The notes: generated by a model not told the origin, from the sequence alone. A DNA stretch of 64,000 bases from Hemiscyllium ocellatum (GCF_020745735.1 NC_083448.1:6508006-6572005), one strand, 5' to 3'. Positions 11,551 through 25,885 are shown, counted from the stretch's first letter. A program made the numbers and translations.

Positions 11551-14500
11551 AAAGAGAGAGAGCAATCCTAACCCGCACTCTTTATGTCACAGATTAACAT
11601 CACCAGCTATTGCACCAGTTAGAGTAAAATTAACTCATCAAAACAGAAAATACTGAAACCTGAGCATCAAAGTGCAAAAAGGTATTAAAACTTTCTGTTC
11701 TGTTAGGTGAGGCACTTGAGGTGTAGCATGGTGTGTGTGATGGAAGAGATGTTAGCTGAATGTTTTAAAGTGTATTATTAGATGCAAGTATTTGATGGCC
11801 AACAGTGGTGCCCGATTTTCAAAGACAAGTAACAGAGAACAAATATGGTAGAACAAACCAATGCAGTATTTCAGTCAATTATGTGAAAGCTGAATATCAT
11901 GAATGTTTGAATTAAGAAAAATGTCTGCCCATACAATCCACCATTATGATCTTCCAAACTCAATACATGCCTTGTATCATGACATGAGGCTAAAATGTGA
12001 ATGGCCACCAAACTTGGGGAGTGCAGAAGCAGAAAATGGCTTTTAAAACTGAAACACGCTAAAAGTATTCAAACAGCAGAGAATATTGAAATATCCAGGT
12101 CTGTCAATATCTGAACTGGAAAAAGCTGAGTTTATGTTTCAGGTGCAGTTATGTCAGAACTGATGGAGGTCTGCATTAAGTACCCTGTCTCTTTCAGACC
12201 TTGACTTGCCTGTGTTACCTATCTGCAGTATTGGCAGCTCTTAATTTTCTATCTACTACAGAGAATGTTTTTCTTCAATCTCACAGCTTACGGACTCCTA
12301 TAAATGGAGAAAACAAATGGTTAATCCTGTGTATACCCAGACCTCAGTAATTAAGACAGCCAGCAGAGCAAGCTGTTGGTCTTATCAGCTTATCCTGATG
12401 TTAAGAACACAAATTTATTTTAGGATTATTTTGAAAAATGCTCTACAATTGGTAAAGCTGTGTAACTGTGGATTGTGCAGAAGTCTGAAAGTGACTCAAA
12501 CCTTTTTTTTGGATCATTCTCTGTTGAAGCATTCCACTGTCATTCTCTGTACTTACCAATCACCTTACGCTAGTTTTGTTGTGATATCAAGGTTAAATGG
12601 TCAACAGAAATATTTAAAAATCTAATTGTCGAACTTTGTACAATGAACTCGTTGAAACTCCATGAATAAGCATTGACTGACATCACAACAAAATCAGTTA
12701 GGATCAATGCATCAAGAAAGGTTCTCTTCTTCATATTCTAGTCTCTTGTCCATATTTCAAACTTTAAATCTTGTCACCTTTTACAGCTTTATTCTTCACC
12801 CCTGAGATAATGTGATGGCCTCCTCGTAATCCTCTTTGAGGTTCTGCTCCGTACTCCTCAGATTGTCCCTATATAGTCTCCACTAGGCAGTCAGCCATAA
12901 AAGATGCAGATGGGAGGTTTTGCAACCAGCTTCCTGTCTCTCCACATTCTGTATTTGGAAATCCACCCCCTCCACACTCCCAATATTATCATTTGGCAAA
13001 AGTATGTCTACATCCTTTTGCTCCATCACACTTTGTACATTTAGAGTAATCCAATTTTCATGCGAAGCTCAGTGTTAAATGTATCTTTCAATATGACCGC
13101 ACCCTGAGCAGCATGACAAAGGCTCCGTAGACAAAATACCTTGATTTGATTTTTTGATATGATCAATGCAAGGGTCAGAGACTGCATTGTTTACGGCCTA
13201 TATGCTGTCTAAAATGGAAAAATCAATAAGGTGCAGTCTTCCGTAAGAAAACTTGATTGAATCACCATTATCAATATAACCCAATATTCTATTCATTTAT
13301 AACAATGGGGGCAATTAGTATATGTCACCCATGTTTCAAATGCTTATAATACACATTACATGATAATGTATAGCTGGCACAGATAAAGGACCTGAAATAC
13401 AAGATGTTGTTCAAAAATGCCATTTGACACCGTCAAGTCAAGTTGATGTTTTATCTTCCATCCCAGCAAACAGAACTGAATAGACGTCCTGGTCTCTGAG
13501 CAAATCAGCAGTCACTAAGCAATGCTAGGTTCTGTTCAGAGACTGGAGACAGTAAATGCTTGCCATCTTCAATATCATGCCCATTGGCACATGAGGCAGG
13601 ACTTCATCATCATACACCAGGTTTTTTCTAAAGTTATAACCTTGCCAAAGTCAGAATTCTGCATCTCAAACTATCACCAAAAGAATCTGATCCAAATTCC
13701 AAGGAAGTCTTGGACTAATTTCCTGCTAGCTCCTCTTCATATTATTTTCACATTAATTTCTGAAAGATGTGAAAGTTTGGACATATATTTAAATAATCAT
13801 CTATATATTTTATAAATGAGATAAAATCTGTGAAAGTCTTTCATGATACTAGCAAATTATTGGATGACTAACCAGTTTGGCAAATGCTTCAGAAATGTTC
13901 ACAAGTAACTACTTGAAGCAGAACATCTGACTTAACCAATAATTTAGCAGTTTAATGGAACTCTCGACTCACACTTTAAAGCTGCCAATTATTCATGTCA
14001 GTTTTAAAAAAATTTGAGACCTATCCCCACCATAGAGGTCAAAGTGAATTTTACTGTTTACCGTCACTATGGTCAGTTTATGGTAGAAATTTTTTAAAAA
14101 TCAGTTTTTCACAAGACTTAGCAGCTCTGACTTCAGCTTGTTTCATGATCAAGCTGCAGTTCAGCTTTAAATCCCAATGACATAGCTGATAATACTCCAA
14201 AACAAAAAAAAATTGTGTCGTCAAAAGTGTTCTTATTTTATTCAAAGTGCCGGCTCTTATTTATTTATTGCTATCACATTATAAATCTGCGATTGCATGT
14301 CTTAGGATCATTTTTCATTCTGATAATAGAAAGTAACTTACCTATTTATCCTTTCTTTATGTACTCCAACACTGATAACTCAAATATCGGTTCCATGTTT
14401 TGACTGCATTGCAACAGCAAAATAGACACAAAATATCAAAACTTGTTGTATATTCTGAAAATGAGTCTGCAATTGTGCACAAAAATATCATACAACAATT

Positions 14501-15105
14501 TTCTTTTATTCTAAACTGCTTTACCTTTTATTCATTGCAGTGAATGTCTCCTGTATTTTAAAGATCAAAATAAATGATTTATCTTAGAAACAGCACACTG
14601 CACAAAAACAGATATCACACTACATGTCAAATTAAATGCACAGCATTTGCACCAACAGTTGAAAGCTGTGTCCCAGGACCTGTTGCAGACAACTTACAGC
14701 ATTCACAACATGTGGGGCACTTATTGCCAGAGAGAACCTAATTGGAGTGCAGTGTTACGCTCTGTTCGTGGGCATGCCATAAATATAAAAGCTATGAATA
14801 ACATATTTATGAAGCTTTCATCTAATATATACTGAATATTATACAAGGTTAGCAAAGTGTGGGCCACTCAGATTTATACAGTCTTCTGTTGGTTTTCCAA
14901 GGAGTTCCCGAATCCTGTACTTACAAACTAGAGGGTATTGATCGGAAAATATCAGTATAATTAGACTAACTTTCAAACAGATCCAACAGTGAAAGTTGTT
15001 GTCACTTGTGTTCTTTAAGATCACATCTGTGCGGCCCTTTGGTTTTGCTACTTTTACAAACAGTATTGATTAATCGTGTGGATTGTGTGTATTTAATATT
15101 CTATT

Positions 15106-15151
15106 TTTATTCATTATTAAATGTGACAATGAGTCTCCAAAGTGGTTTATT
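15106..15151 (-). promoter_or_regulatory. Two candidate POLB polyadenylation signals (AATAAA)
   Basis: tttatt on + at 15106-15111 and 15146-15151, about 240-280 nt past the POLB stop codon. Motif evidence only; further AATAAA hexamers lie downstream. Confidence 0.35.
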
Positions 15152-15389
15152 GATATTACTACACAGTACTTTATAGAAAGATGGTCTTCTCTACAAATAC
15201 ATTCCAACTTGATGCATAAAATACCAGCGATATCTGCATACACAATGTTCTTTAGCAAGCAACTTCAGAAATTCTTATGAATGTTTCAACTAGCTCTACA
15301 TTTATCAGGATTCACTGTATTCTCATTCTGGCAGAACTTCAGAGTATTTCATATGTAAAGAGGTTCTTAGGGTAACCCTCAGGTGACAG

Positions 15390-15484
15390 TCACTCACTTC
15401 GTTCTTGTGGCTCTCGATATTCCCAATCAATGTAATCAAAGATGTCCTTTTCACTTTCCACTGGCAGGGGTTCTCCTGGCACTC
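15390..15484 (-). CDS. POLB: DNA polymerase beta, last exon (exon 14 by human numbering)
   Basis: Acceptor ...taactgcag ends at 15485. The exon is 95 nt: (G)[30 protein letters not shown], versus human [33 protein letters not shown] at 15392-15390. Confidence 0.97.
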
Positions 15485-16269
15485 CTGCAGTTAACAAACA
15501 GTAGGCTATTAACGATACTGACACAATTTTGCTGAATGCAATCCATTTCGAATGAAGATGAAGATTCATTTTTAATATCAAGGTGGAGGTAAACAGAATT
15601 TTAATCGCAAAAGAATGGGTTGGGGGAAAAGGCAGGAAATTGGAGTTGAGGATTATCAGATCAGCCATGATATCACTGAATGACAGAGCTGACTCACTGG
15701 GCGAAATGGCCTGCTTCTGTTCCCAGGTTTTAAGGTGTTAAAAAGTGACTCAGACTTCAACTTCAATTCATTATTGTAACTGAGATTAATTAGGTCAATA
15801 ATACTTCTCACTTTTAAGGGTACTGGACACAGCACCAAGGGTGCAGGGGTAGTGGATCTAAAAGTCTAAGAGAACTGTAAGAACACTGCAGTTTATACAC
15901 ACCAGGTTACCTTCAATCTGTCAATATACTGCTTGCAAGTAGAGACTATTCTGAATCGAAAAAGAATTGCCTGCTCAAGACTGATAGTAAGTCAAAGAGC
16001 AGGCAAGATGACAGAAGTTGCATTTCTTTGAAGAGCTTCTATGAAATATATGCAGCATCACACTGTTGATGAAGAGAAGTCCAGTGTAACATGGGGCAAG
16101 GTAAAAGTAAGTCATAAATCCTTGCTGCCAAGGATTTTCATTTGAATATATCACCATGAATTTTGCCCTGACATGATTTCAGAATTGCAAAAAAGTGAAA
16201 AAACACTCTTCATCAAGAAATAGAATGAGGGGGGATGTTTGATTTAGAAGGAGGAGGGGGGTTGGAATC

Positions 16270-16640
16270 TGGTTGAAACTTTCAGAATCCTTAATGACCT
16301 GGACAGAGTGGACATCGGGAAAATGTTTCCATTGGTGGGAAAGACAAGGACCCTTGGGCACAGCCTGAGAGCAAAGGGAAGACCTTTCAGAACGTTGATA
16401 AGGAGAAACTTCCTTCAGCCGGAGAGTGATGAATCTGTGGGATTCATTGCCACAGAAGACTGTCGAGGCCAGGTCATTGAGTATATTTAAAACAGTGGTA
16501 GATAAGCTCTTGATTGCCAAGGGGATAAAAGATTACAGGGAAAAAGCAGGAAAGTGGGGTTGAAAAACTAATCAATGATGATTGAATGGAGCAAACAGGA
16601 TAGGCCAAATGGCCTAATTTCTGCTCCTATGTCTTATGTC
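16270..16640 (+). mobile_element. CR1 3' fragment
   Basis: Translates to DIGKMFPLVGKTRTLGHSLRAKGRPFRTLIRRNFL..., followed by a 3' UTR ending in a cctatgtcttatgtct tail. Confidence 0.8.
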
Positions 16641-17419
16641 TAACTCAGTTTAGGAACAGTAGCCTCAATCCTCCATTGAGAAGTGATACGTGGTCACAAA
16701 ATCAACTCTCAGCTAGGAAACTGTCAAGGCCTAAAAAACAAGCGAAGTTTTGTGGCTATTCCATCACAGCCTAAAAATAACCTGAATGATATGACACAGC
16801 TCTCCTAATTGCTCAATGTGAAAAACAGCCAGCTACTGCACCTCCAGTTCCATTCCCAATTTGATCAGTGTCTGGTGCATCCAAGCGAAAGCAACAGTTG
16901 AAGCTGTTACACATGATTCTGCAAGGCTAGAAATTATAGAAAAAAACAGAATTGCTGAAGAAGATCAGCAGGTTTGGCAGCAGCTGAGGAGAGACGTAAG
17001 ATAACACTTGAAAGAGAGTCACACTGGACTTGAAATGCTAACTCCTTATTCCAAATACATGGTTCATGGAAACCAAGTCTGGATGGATTATTTTTATATC
17101 CTTTAAAAGTGTTTCACAATCCTCCCATCACAATAGCCAGCACTTACTTCTGCCCTGCTCCATTACAACCAAAGTATCATTCATTACTCTCACACGGAGT
17201 CATGGAACAGGCTGACAATTGAATGACATGGGAGAGTCAAACAGAACATCTAATTCATTTTGACACAGTACTTTGTGCCCATTTTAAGGACTAGAATTGT
17301 ACACTATCACCAATTCAGTTGCCAGCAGAAGCGTGTGCCAAAATGAATTGAGGTGCAGAGAAGACTGGGTGGCTTAATTCATGAACTGCAGAAGATTAGT
17401 GGACAGATAAAGTAAGTAA

Positions 17420-18410
17420 TCAGGACGCTTTGTAGAATGTTATATTTTATTGTGAGGGAACTGAATTCAAGAGTTAGGGAGGTTATGCTTCAGTTAAACA
17501 GGGCATTGATGAGACCACATCTGAAGAAGTGTATATAATACTGGTCACCATACTTACAGAATTACGTCAATATGTTGGAAACAGTTTAGAGAAGGTTTGC
17601 TGGACTAATACCTGGAAAGAGTAGATGGCCTTTTAAGGAAAGGTTAGACAGGCTTGGCTGGATCCTCTGGAATTCAGAAGATTCAAAGGGGACTTAACTG
17701 AAACATTAAAAAATCTTGAGGATGTAGTGATTGTAATGAGATCAGCCTCATAGAATCGGAGTTCCCCAAATGGGGCTGTTAATCTGGTCTAATCTGGAAG
17801 CCCGGGCTGATGAATATAAAGAGGAGTATCAGAGTTTCTGTTCACTCTGAGAGCTGGCTCTGACGGAGCTGGATCAGTGTCGAGGACTCTCCCATGTAAA
17901 TAATAATTGGCACATTGACTGGATACAGGCATCTGTGGAGTTATTTCAGAGGGGACGTGACAGGGTCTATTTTGAAAGGATGATTCCTCTTGAGGGAGAA
18001 TCTCGAGCGAGAGGCCCTAGCTTAAAATTAGGAGTTTGCTCAATTAAGACCATAAGACATTGCAGATGTCGGTCACTCAGCTCAATGAGACCATGGCGGA
18101 TCTGAGAACCCCCCAACTTCACTTTCCTGCTTTCTGCCCATAACCCTTTAAAATAGAGATGAGGAAATGCTTTTCTTGCAGAGGATTGGGAGTCTTAGGA
18201 GTTTTATTTCCCTCAATATGCAATGGCTGCAGAAATTTTAAATATGTTTAAATCAAAGGTTTGTAGATTCTTTATTACCAAGGGGTTGAAATATTATGAA
18301 GGATATGAGGGAATATAGAGTTGAGGTTAAAATCCAATTAGCCATGATTTTTTTGAATAGCAGAGTAGACCCGAAGGGCCGAGAGGCTTATTCTTGCTCC
18401 TTGTTCTTGC
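17420..18410 (+). mobile_element. Decayed CR1 ORF2 3' portion(s)
   Basis: Contains ttatgcttcagttaaacagggcattgatgagaccacatctgaag (LY..LVRPHLEY motif) and runs on to a 3' UTR (cagagtagacccgaagggccgagaggcttattcttgctcc). Confidence 0.65.
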
Positions 18411-20853
18411 ATTCAAGCAATATTTAAGCACAACTGATATGATCACATGGCTAAGTGCCCCAAGCTGAGCCAGCATCTTTGACAAATAAGGATGGTAAGA
18501 AAACAACATTTAAAAAAAGTAAACCAAAGACAGGACAAAACAACACTTCCATCATTTGCTTTGAAGTTCATGGAGACGATCAGCTGTTCACAAGGATGTG
18601 GAGTAAATTTTAAGATTCAGTCCTCCAGATGCAGAACTCGAGAGAAACTCATGCCTGTGAGTTAGTCAGGATGGCTGGGAAATCGAGATTACAAAAATGC
18701 ACTCTGCTCCTGCAAGATTCTGTGCCAGACAATTCAGAAGACGGGTAAAAGTAGAAGAACAGAATAAATCATTCACAAAATTGCTGTGACATAAAAGGTG
18801 ACCATTTGGCCCAGTGTGCCTGCACCATATTTTAAAATGAGCATCATTAGCAAGTAATTACTATCATTACCAATCCTGTCTTTTCCTCATATCCCAACAC
18901 ATCATTTCAATCCAAATAATCATGACAGGCCTTCTTGAATGTCTCTTGAACTTGCCTCCAACACACCTCCAGGCAGTGCAGCCTATCTCCTAACTTTTGC
19001 GAAGTGAAAACATTGTTTATATGTTACCCTTGCTTCTTTTCCCCATCAGCTCACTCATGACATTGAAAAACTCAATCAAACTGCCTCTTAGCCGTCTTCT
19101 GTTCCAACTTCTTCAATTTGTCTTTGCAGTAGACAATCAGCCTCAAAAGATCTTTCTGTTCGGAAAAGTTTCCTGATCTACCCTACATTTAGGACTTGGA
19201 AGGTAGAAGGAAAGCATAAATTGATGGAGACAGGCTCCACAGTTTTGACTTTATGGTAACTTGGTGTTGGATAAGAGATGGTGATAAGTGAGAATGAAGG
19301 GTGGATGAGGAGTGTCTAGGTCAATGTACTGAGGATCCAGATAGAAGACAAGAAAAGTGAGAGATGCAATACTACACTAACAAATGGAGACAAAACGTTG
19401 TGACACAAAGACATCTCGATCTTCTGGAAACATATAGAATGAGGTAAAATAAGAAACCATGATTAGATGAGGCAATGCTTAGTATCTTGCATCATATGCT
19501 GGCAAAATATGGCAATACCAGTTAGGAAATTCAGTTTCAATGTCATCATTTAAGAAATTACAGAAATCAATGGAAATAATTTTCATACAAAGGCAGTGAT
19601 ATTTTTACTCAGTTACCTGCAAGATCATTGGAAATTTCTTAAGTTATGTAAATGAATATATTACATTTTGTTAAAACATGACATAAATTAGTTAACAAGT
19701 TTATTGATGTTTTAACATTAGTTGATACAACACCTGCAATACTTCGGAATCCCTTCAGGGAACACTCTTTCACATCATTGGCCAATTAGTGGCTAACTGT
19801 AATTTTAACTGCTGAGCAACACAATATTAGTTTCCCCCCACAAGGAAGCAAATGGGATAATGCGTGAATATTAAAAAGATTTCCACTTCTTGAATTAAGT
19901 TCAAGATTACCATTGCCATGATTAGTAAGTGTCAGAGCTCTTCACTCAATACTGAAATATTTTAATTGTTATAAAGATGTTTAAAAAAAGTCTCAAAATA
20001 TCAACAAAAACAACTTATTTATGGTCTTTATTCACATTGAGTGCATAGACAGTTAAAACATCCAATGCTTTGAAAACAATCTGGTATCTTTGAAATCAAG
20101 GTGCTGAAATCCCTTTTCGCAACTACCTTATTTATCTAACCAGAAAAGTCTTTTGATTGAAGGCAATTATAAATTAGTGAGCAGTTATGAACCCAATGTT
20201 TTTATTTTTGTTGAAACCAAAAAACTACAAGCAAAGAAAGAAACACTTTCTCAAAACTGTGTTTCAGAGAAGACAAAGCTCTGGAATACCTGACACATCA
20301 ATCATGGGTGAGTAAAGCTGCAAAGTCTGGACACAGCGCAGCATGGATCTGCAGTCCAAGAAGTCCATACTTCTTTGTAATTCTGCTTCCAATCTTTGGC
20401 ACAAAGAGTACAATCTTCTGGGTTACTGCTTTAAATAGATGTTATTTTGAAGCAAATGGGTGCTCAAATAGTTTTTTGCTGTTCTTTTTAATGCTGATTT
20501 AAAAGTAAAGACCTGAAATAATCTCCTTGCTTGCTTGTTCTGTTTGGCTTCCTCTTCTCTAGGCATCATTCGTGATTATTTCAGGGTTGCTGAGGCATGG
20601 CTTATGCTAAGGGTTCATTACAAGGATGCAGGACCCAAGTCGAAACTCAGACAGATCAGGATCAGAGAAGAGGAGAGCCAAGAAAAAACAAGCAAGCATG
20701 ATTAGGAGATTATTTCAAGTTTTTACTTTTAAATCAGCATTAAAAAGAACAGCAAAAACTATTGGAGCAACCGTTTGCGACAAAAATAACATCTCATTTT
20801 CGGCGATCAGGATCTGGCTGTTACCATTAAGATTCTTTGAGCAAATTAAAATC

Positions 20854-21009
20854 TGATGCAAGTCTAATGCCAAAGTTCTGGAAAGGCTTAAGCTTTTTAG
20901 TGGATGTGAATCACTAATTCCCTTAACTTTCTTTTCAAATAGTTCTTTTATGTTGTACATTTATCTGAAAACCTCACACATGAGATTGAAGACAGACATG
21001 ATAACCTGT
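20854..21009. repeat. Left arm of a 156-bp inverted duplication (partner 22135-22290)
   Basis: The reverse complement of 20854-21009 matches 22135-22290 at roughly 90% identity by eye. Confidence 0.9.
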
Positions 21010-21235
21010 TATCAGTGCAAAATTGAAAGCTCAACTCTAATGTTACATTGGTAAAGTAGTTGACCAGGAATTGATTTGTCTTCTTCTACATGAAGATGAA
21101 ATTCCAATATGATCTTGACTCACTGCAATGACATTAGTCATAGCAATATGGTACCAACATGACCACTCTAAAACTTACTCCCTGCTTCAAAATGTTTACA
21201 CTGTAATCAAAAACATAATTTGGTCCAGCAATGAC

Positions 21236-21362
21236 ATGGAGGTGCTGGTGTTGGACTGGGATGGACAAAGTCCAAGTCACACAATATCAGGTTATCATCC
21301 AATCGGTTTATTTGAAATCACAACCTGTTGGACGATAACCTGGTTTCATGCGACTTCTGACC
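21236..21362. mobile_element. Fold-back pLTR element (51855 family) with the hammerhead centre deleted
   Basis: gtgttggactgggatggacaaagtccaagtcacacaatatcaggttatcatccaatcgg is followed by the inverted segment acctgttggacgataacctgg. The arms are homologous to 51855-52057. Confidence 0.6.
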
Positions 21363-22047
21363 ACAGTATAGCCAAATCAGTTGAAAGCGTTCACAGCAAG
21401 ATTTATTTGAATGAAGGAATAATGATGATTCTATAACTTTTTTGGGTCAAGGAAACTACCCCCTTAAGTACCAGGCAGGAACAGTATGTCTTTATAGCTG
21501 ATTATTTGGTTTTTTTCATCCCTTCTGCCTTTCCAAAAATCTCTCAAATCTACCTTTTCACAATTGCAGTCTTCTGGGCTATCATCTAAAGTCCAATGAC
21601 TTAACATCAGCAATAAATGCATGGTCAAACATTCAACTCTCACTTTCTGCTCATTTTGAAGTCAATACTGGAAACAATTTCTTTCCTCTGCCTGCTCATT
21701 TCTCATTCTGTTGAACACGTGCAAACTGTTCGGTGTCAGAGATAGAAGTCTGAGATGCTTAACATAATTTCATGAATTAGTTCAGTTCTTTTTGGGTAAG
21801 AAAACAAAACTGAAACCAGTGACCATGTTGTGAATATGTCCCGTGACACAAATGAGATTTGTAATATTCTTACATTTCGGCACTCTCTCTCTCATAAAAT
21901 GGAGAGACGAAAAGGGTCACATGACCTGTTGTGAATTCAGCTCCTCAAAACATTTCAGTGGCTTTGTAGTTAAAGGTTAAAGGGAAGCCGAGGTGTTTGA
22001 ACCAGAAAAAGGTGCAAAATATTTCCACCTGTAAACAATGACCAGAC

Positions 22048-22294
22048 TAGAGGTCTCTAATGGTGTACTGGTTAGGTCCCAACCTCTGAGCCAGGAGGCC
22101 TCGGTTCAAGTTCCACCTGCTCCAGAGGCGTGTTACAGGTTATCATGTCTGTCTTTAATCTCACGTGTGAGGTTTTCAGATTAATGTACAACATAAAAGA
22201 ACTATTTGAAAAGAAAGTTAAGGAAGTTAGTGATTCACATCCACTATAAAGCTTAAGCCTTTCCAGAACCTTGGCATTAGACTTACATCAACAG
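22048..22294 (+). mobile_element. Chimeric insertion: tRNA-like SINE head plus an inverted copy of 20854-21009, flanked by a 12-bp direct repeat
   Basis: B-box-like ggttcaagttcc at about 22104. The right arm of the inverted repeat is 22135-22290. caatgaccagac occurs at 22036-22047 and 22295-22306. Confidence 0.7.
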
Positions 22295-23039
22295 CAATGA
22301 CCAGACGAACCATGCTGATGAAAGGTAGACTGGTCAGTCAGATTTTCGTACAGCTGGAAAGTAGGGTGTGATTCACACAAGTAGGAAACACAAATTCAGC
22401 AGGTCATTTGAACTGGGTAAAAAGCGAAGCTTTGCAGATGCTGGAGATCTGAAAATTAACCTAGAAAATGGCAGACAAACTCAGTAGGTCTGGCAGCATC
22501 TGTGAAGAAATAGAGATAATGTTTTGAGTCCAACATAATTCTTCTTCAGATCTTCACTTTGTAGGAAATACAAAGTGCTGGGGTAGATGTAAACATACTT
22601 TAAGGGCAGATACGGTTTGTGTACAGACTTGATCTGAAATTGTTTTTTAATGCCCTGCTCTTCAAATTTTAAGAAAAAATATGCTGTGGCTGTCAGTGAA
22701 AGAGTTTCTAAAACATCTTCCGAGTGGACTGTTTGGACTGATAGTCGAGATTAAAGTAACAGCAGCTGGTAGTGCAGGCTTATACAGTTCTCGGATATTT
22801 CCCCAAAGACTATCATTAGGTCGTTATGAATGCTTGGCTCAGTTTCAAAAGCAACAATTCTTTCAGCATGGAATTCTGAGTTCACAGTTTGATGGACAAT
22901 GTAAAGAGACCATTAAAGGTTACCTATTTTTGATTTATAGCCTGAATGGTTTTAATAAAAGCATGCCTTTCTTGCAATTGTCTCAGTCAATCCTTGAGTC
23001 ACCCTTCTGTCATAATTCTGATAATTAGACAAAACACAA

Positions 23040-23382
23040 CACACTGGCACAGTGGTTAGCACTGCTGCCTCATGGCTCCAAAGACCTGGGTTCGATTCCA
23101 GCCTTGAATGACTGTCTGTGTGGAGTTTGCATGTTCTTTCCATATCTGTGAGAGTTTGTGCTGGGTGTTCTGGTTTCCTCCCGCAGTCCAAAGGTCTGCA
23201 GATGAGGTGGCTTGACCACGCTAAATTTCCCCCATAGTGTCCAGGGATGAGCAGGTTAGGTGGATTAGCTGTGGTAAATGTGGGAGTTCCGGGGTTAGGA
23301 TGGGGGTGGGATGCTCTTCAGAGGGTAGGTGCAGGTTGGGCAGGCCAAATGGCCTTGATCCGCACTGTAGGGATTCTATGAT
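23040..23382 (+). mobile_element. HE1-like V-SINE, older subfamily
   Basis: Has an A box, a B box (gggttcgattcc), a V-domain and a tail ending gggattctatgatt. Confidence 0.85.
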
Positions 23383-25885
23383 TTTACACAGTCACTAACT
23401 CAAAGAGCTACTGCCATGAGAGAGCTACTACATACAACACATACATTGTATGATTAGATATTGCCAGCATCAATCTTCTTTTATGTCCTGCTGCAAGTGT
23501 GGCTCACTTGTTATGAAAAAGGGCAGAGTCTGACGCCAGAAGTTGTTTAAAACTTCTAAAGACAGTAAGGTCATGCGAAGAGTCTGGCTGTGATGGTTCT
23601 ATAATGACTGAGAATCACAAACTCCAGGCATTTCCACAAATTGCTCTTCAAAGGATCTGAAAACCTCACCAGTAGGGTTAAAGAAAGACTCAATAATCTG
23701 TAACCAATTCAAAAATTCTGATTTGATATGAGAAGACTGGTTAGCCAGAACCTGAATTTTTCTTGCCACATGCATTAGGATACCTTCTTGAAATGCTAAC
23801 ATAGTCTAGTCGGCCTGCAATTAGATTATGATTTGCAATAATTCACCATTAGTAACACCCCCTATAAATTCTGACCAATTACAGAACAGATAATTTCTTA
23901 CCATCCAGTGCAAGATTTTCAAATTAACTTAATGCATCAAAGTCAACCAAGTCTAAACTCTTAAGATTATAAACTTATTTTACACCATAATGAAAACCAT
24001 AACAAACCACAGAAAGACAAGTTTATTGAGTTCAAAATTTACTTGACCAAAGAAAAACTGAAGACAGTGTCTTTTTCAGTCAGTTGAACTCAAGTTACTT
24101 TCATATACCGCTAAACGGAAAAGTCACACTGACAGCTGCAAAACACAACATTTAGCGCACATGGTAATGCCAGCATTTATTTGCACGCAAGCCTTGTATT
24201 ACTCCTTTTTTAATCTAACTGAATCAATATATACCTCTATTCCTTTCCCTAAATTCATCCCTGGATTCTTTTTAAACAATCAACCTCATCAAAGATGTCA
24301 TGACACACATTGGAGCAGATGTAACTTGTACCTGGCAACTTGGCCCTCGGACATAGGGCCTTAGCACTGCATCACAAACATTCTCCTTTACTGGATTTAT
24401 TATATTAATCAATGTGACATGCCTGGAGTAGGTCAGATGTGGACAGATATTCTGGCCTCTCAGCCTTTTCGCCAGAAGAGGGACACAGGCAGCATGGACA
24501 TTAAGTTTACTATGGGACGAAAGCAGAATAGAATCTAGAACATAGAACATTACAGAGCAGTTCAGGCCCTTTGGCCCTCGATGTTGCGCCTTCCTGTGGA
24601 ACCAATCTGAAGCCCATCTATCCTACACAACTCTACTGTTATCCATATGTTTATCCAATGGCCACTTAAATGCCCTTAAAGTTGGCAAGTTTACGACTGT
24701 TGCACGCAATGCATTCCATGCCTCTACTATCTAAGAAAAGGAACTATCTCTGACATCTGTTCTGTATCTAACACCCCTCAATTTAAAGTAATGTCCCCTC
24801 ATGCTAGCCATTACCCTCTGAGGAACATGGCTCTCACTATCCACCCTATGTAACTTCTGATCATCTTATGCATCTCAATCGAGTCACCTCTCAACCTTCA
24901 TCTTCTCTCTCATGAAATAAGCCTCATGTCTCTCAGCCATTCCTCATAAGACCTTCCCTCCAGACCAGACAACATCCAAGTAAATGTCCTCTGAACCTTT
25001 TCCAAAGCTTCCACATCCTTTCCATAATGTGGTGACCAGAACTATATGGAATACTCCCAAGTGCGGCCGCACCAGACTTTTGTACAGCTGCAGCATTACC
25101 TCATGGCTCTGAAACTCATTCCCTCTACCAATAAAAGCTAACACACTGTATGCCTTCTTAGCAACCCTGTCAACTTGGGTGGCAACTTTCAGGGATCTAT
25201 CTATATGGACTCTCTGCTCATCTAGACCACCAAGAATCTTACCATGAGCCCAGTACTCTTTACTCCTGTTGCTCACCTCAAACTTTTCCATATTAAAATA
25301 CATTTGCCACCTCACAGCCCGGCTCTGCAGCTTATCTATGTCTCTCTGTAACCTGCAACATTCTTCACCACTCGCCAGAACTCCACCTACCTTAGTGTCA
25401 TCCACAAATTTACTAACCCATCCTTCTAAGCCCTCACCTAGGTCATTTATAAAAATGACAAACAGCAGTGGCCCCAAAACAGATCCTTGCAGTACACCAG
25501 GAGCAACTGAATTCCAGGGTGAACATTTCCCATAAACCAACACCCTCTCTTTTCTTTCAGCGAGCCAATTTCTGATCCAATCTGCTAAATCACCCTCAAT
25601 CCCATGCCTGTGTATTTTTTGCAATAGTCTACCGTGGGGAACTTTATCAAACGCCCTACTGAAATCAATATACACCACATCAATTGCTTTGCCCTCACCC
25701 ATCTATTTGGTCACTATCTCAAAGAACTCAATAAGGTTCGTGAGGCACGACCTACCCTTCACAAAACCGTCCCTAATCAACTTATTCCTTTCTAGGTGAT
25801 TATAAATCCTATCTCTTATAACCTTTTCCAACACTTTACCCACAACCAAAGTAAGGTTCGCTGGTCTATAATTACCATAGAGGTA

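Noticed and set aside
24944-25702. 252-aa RT ORF as an active gene
   Set aside because: It is a fragment of a frameshifted CR1 ORF2 with the catalytic motif changed to FVDD and nested insertions upstream; it is not an independent gene.
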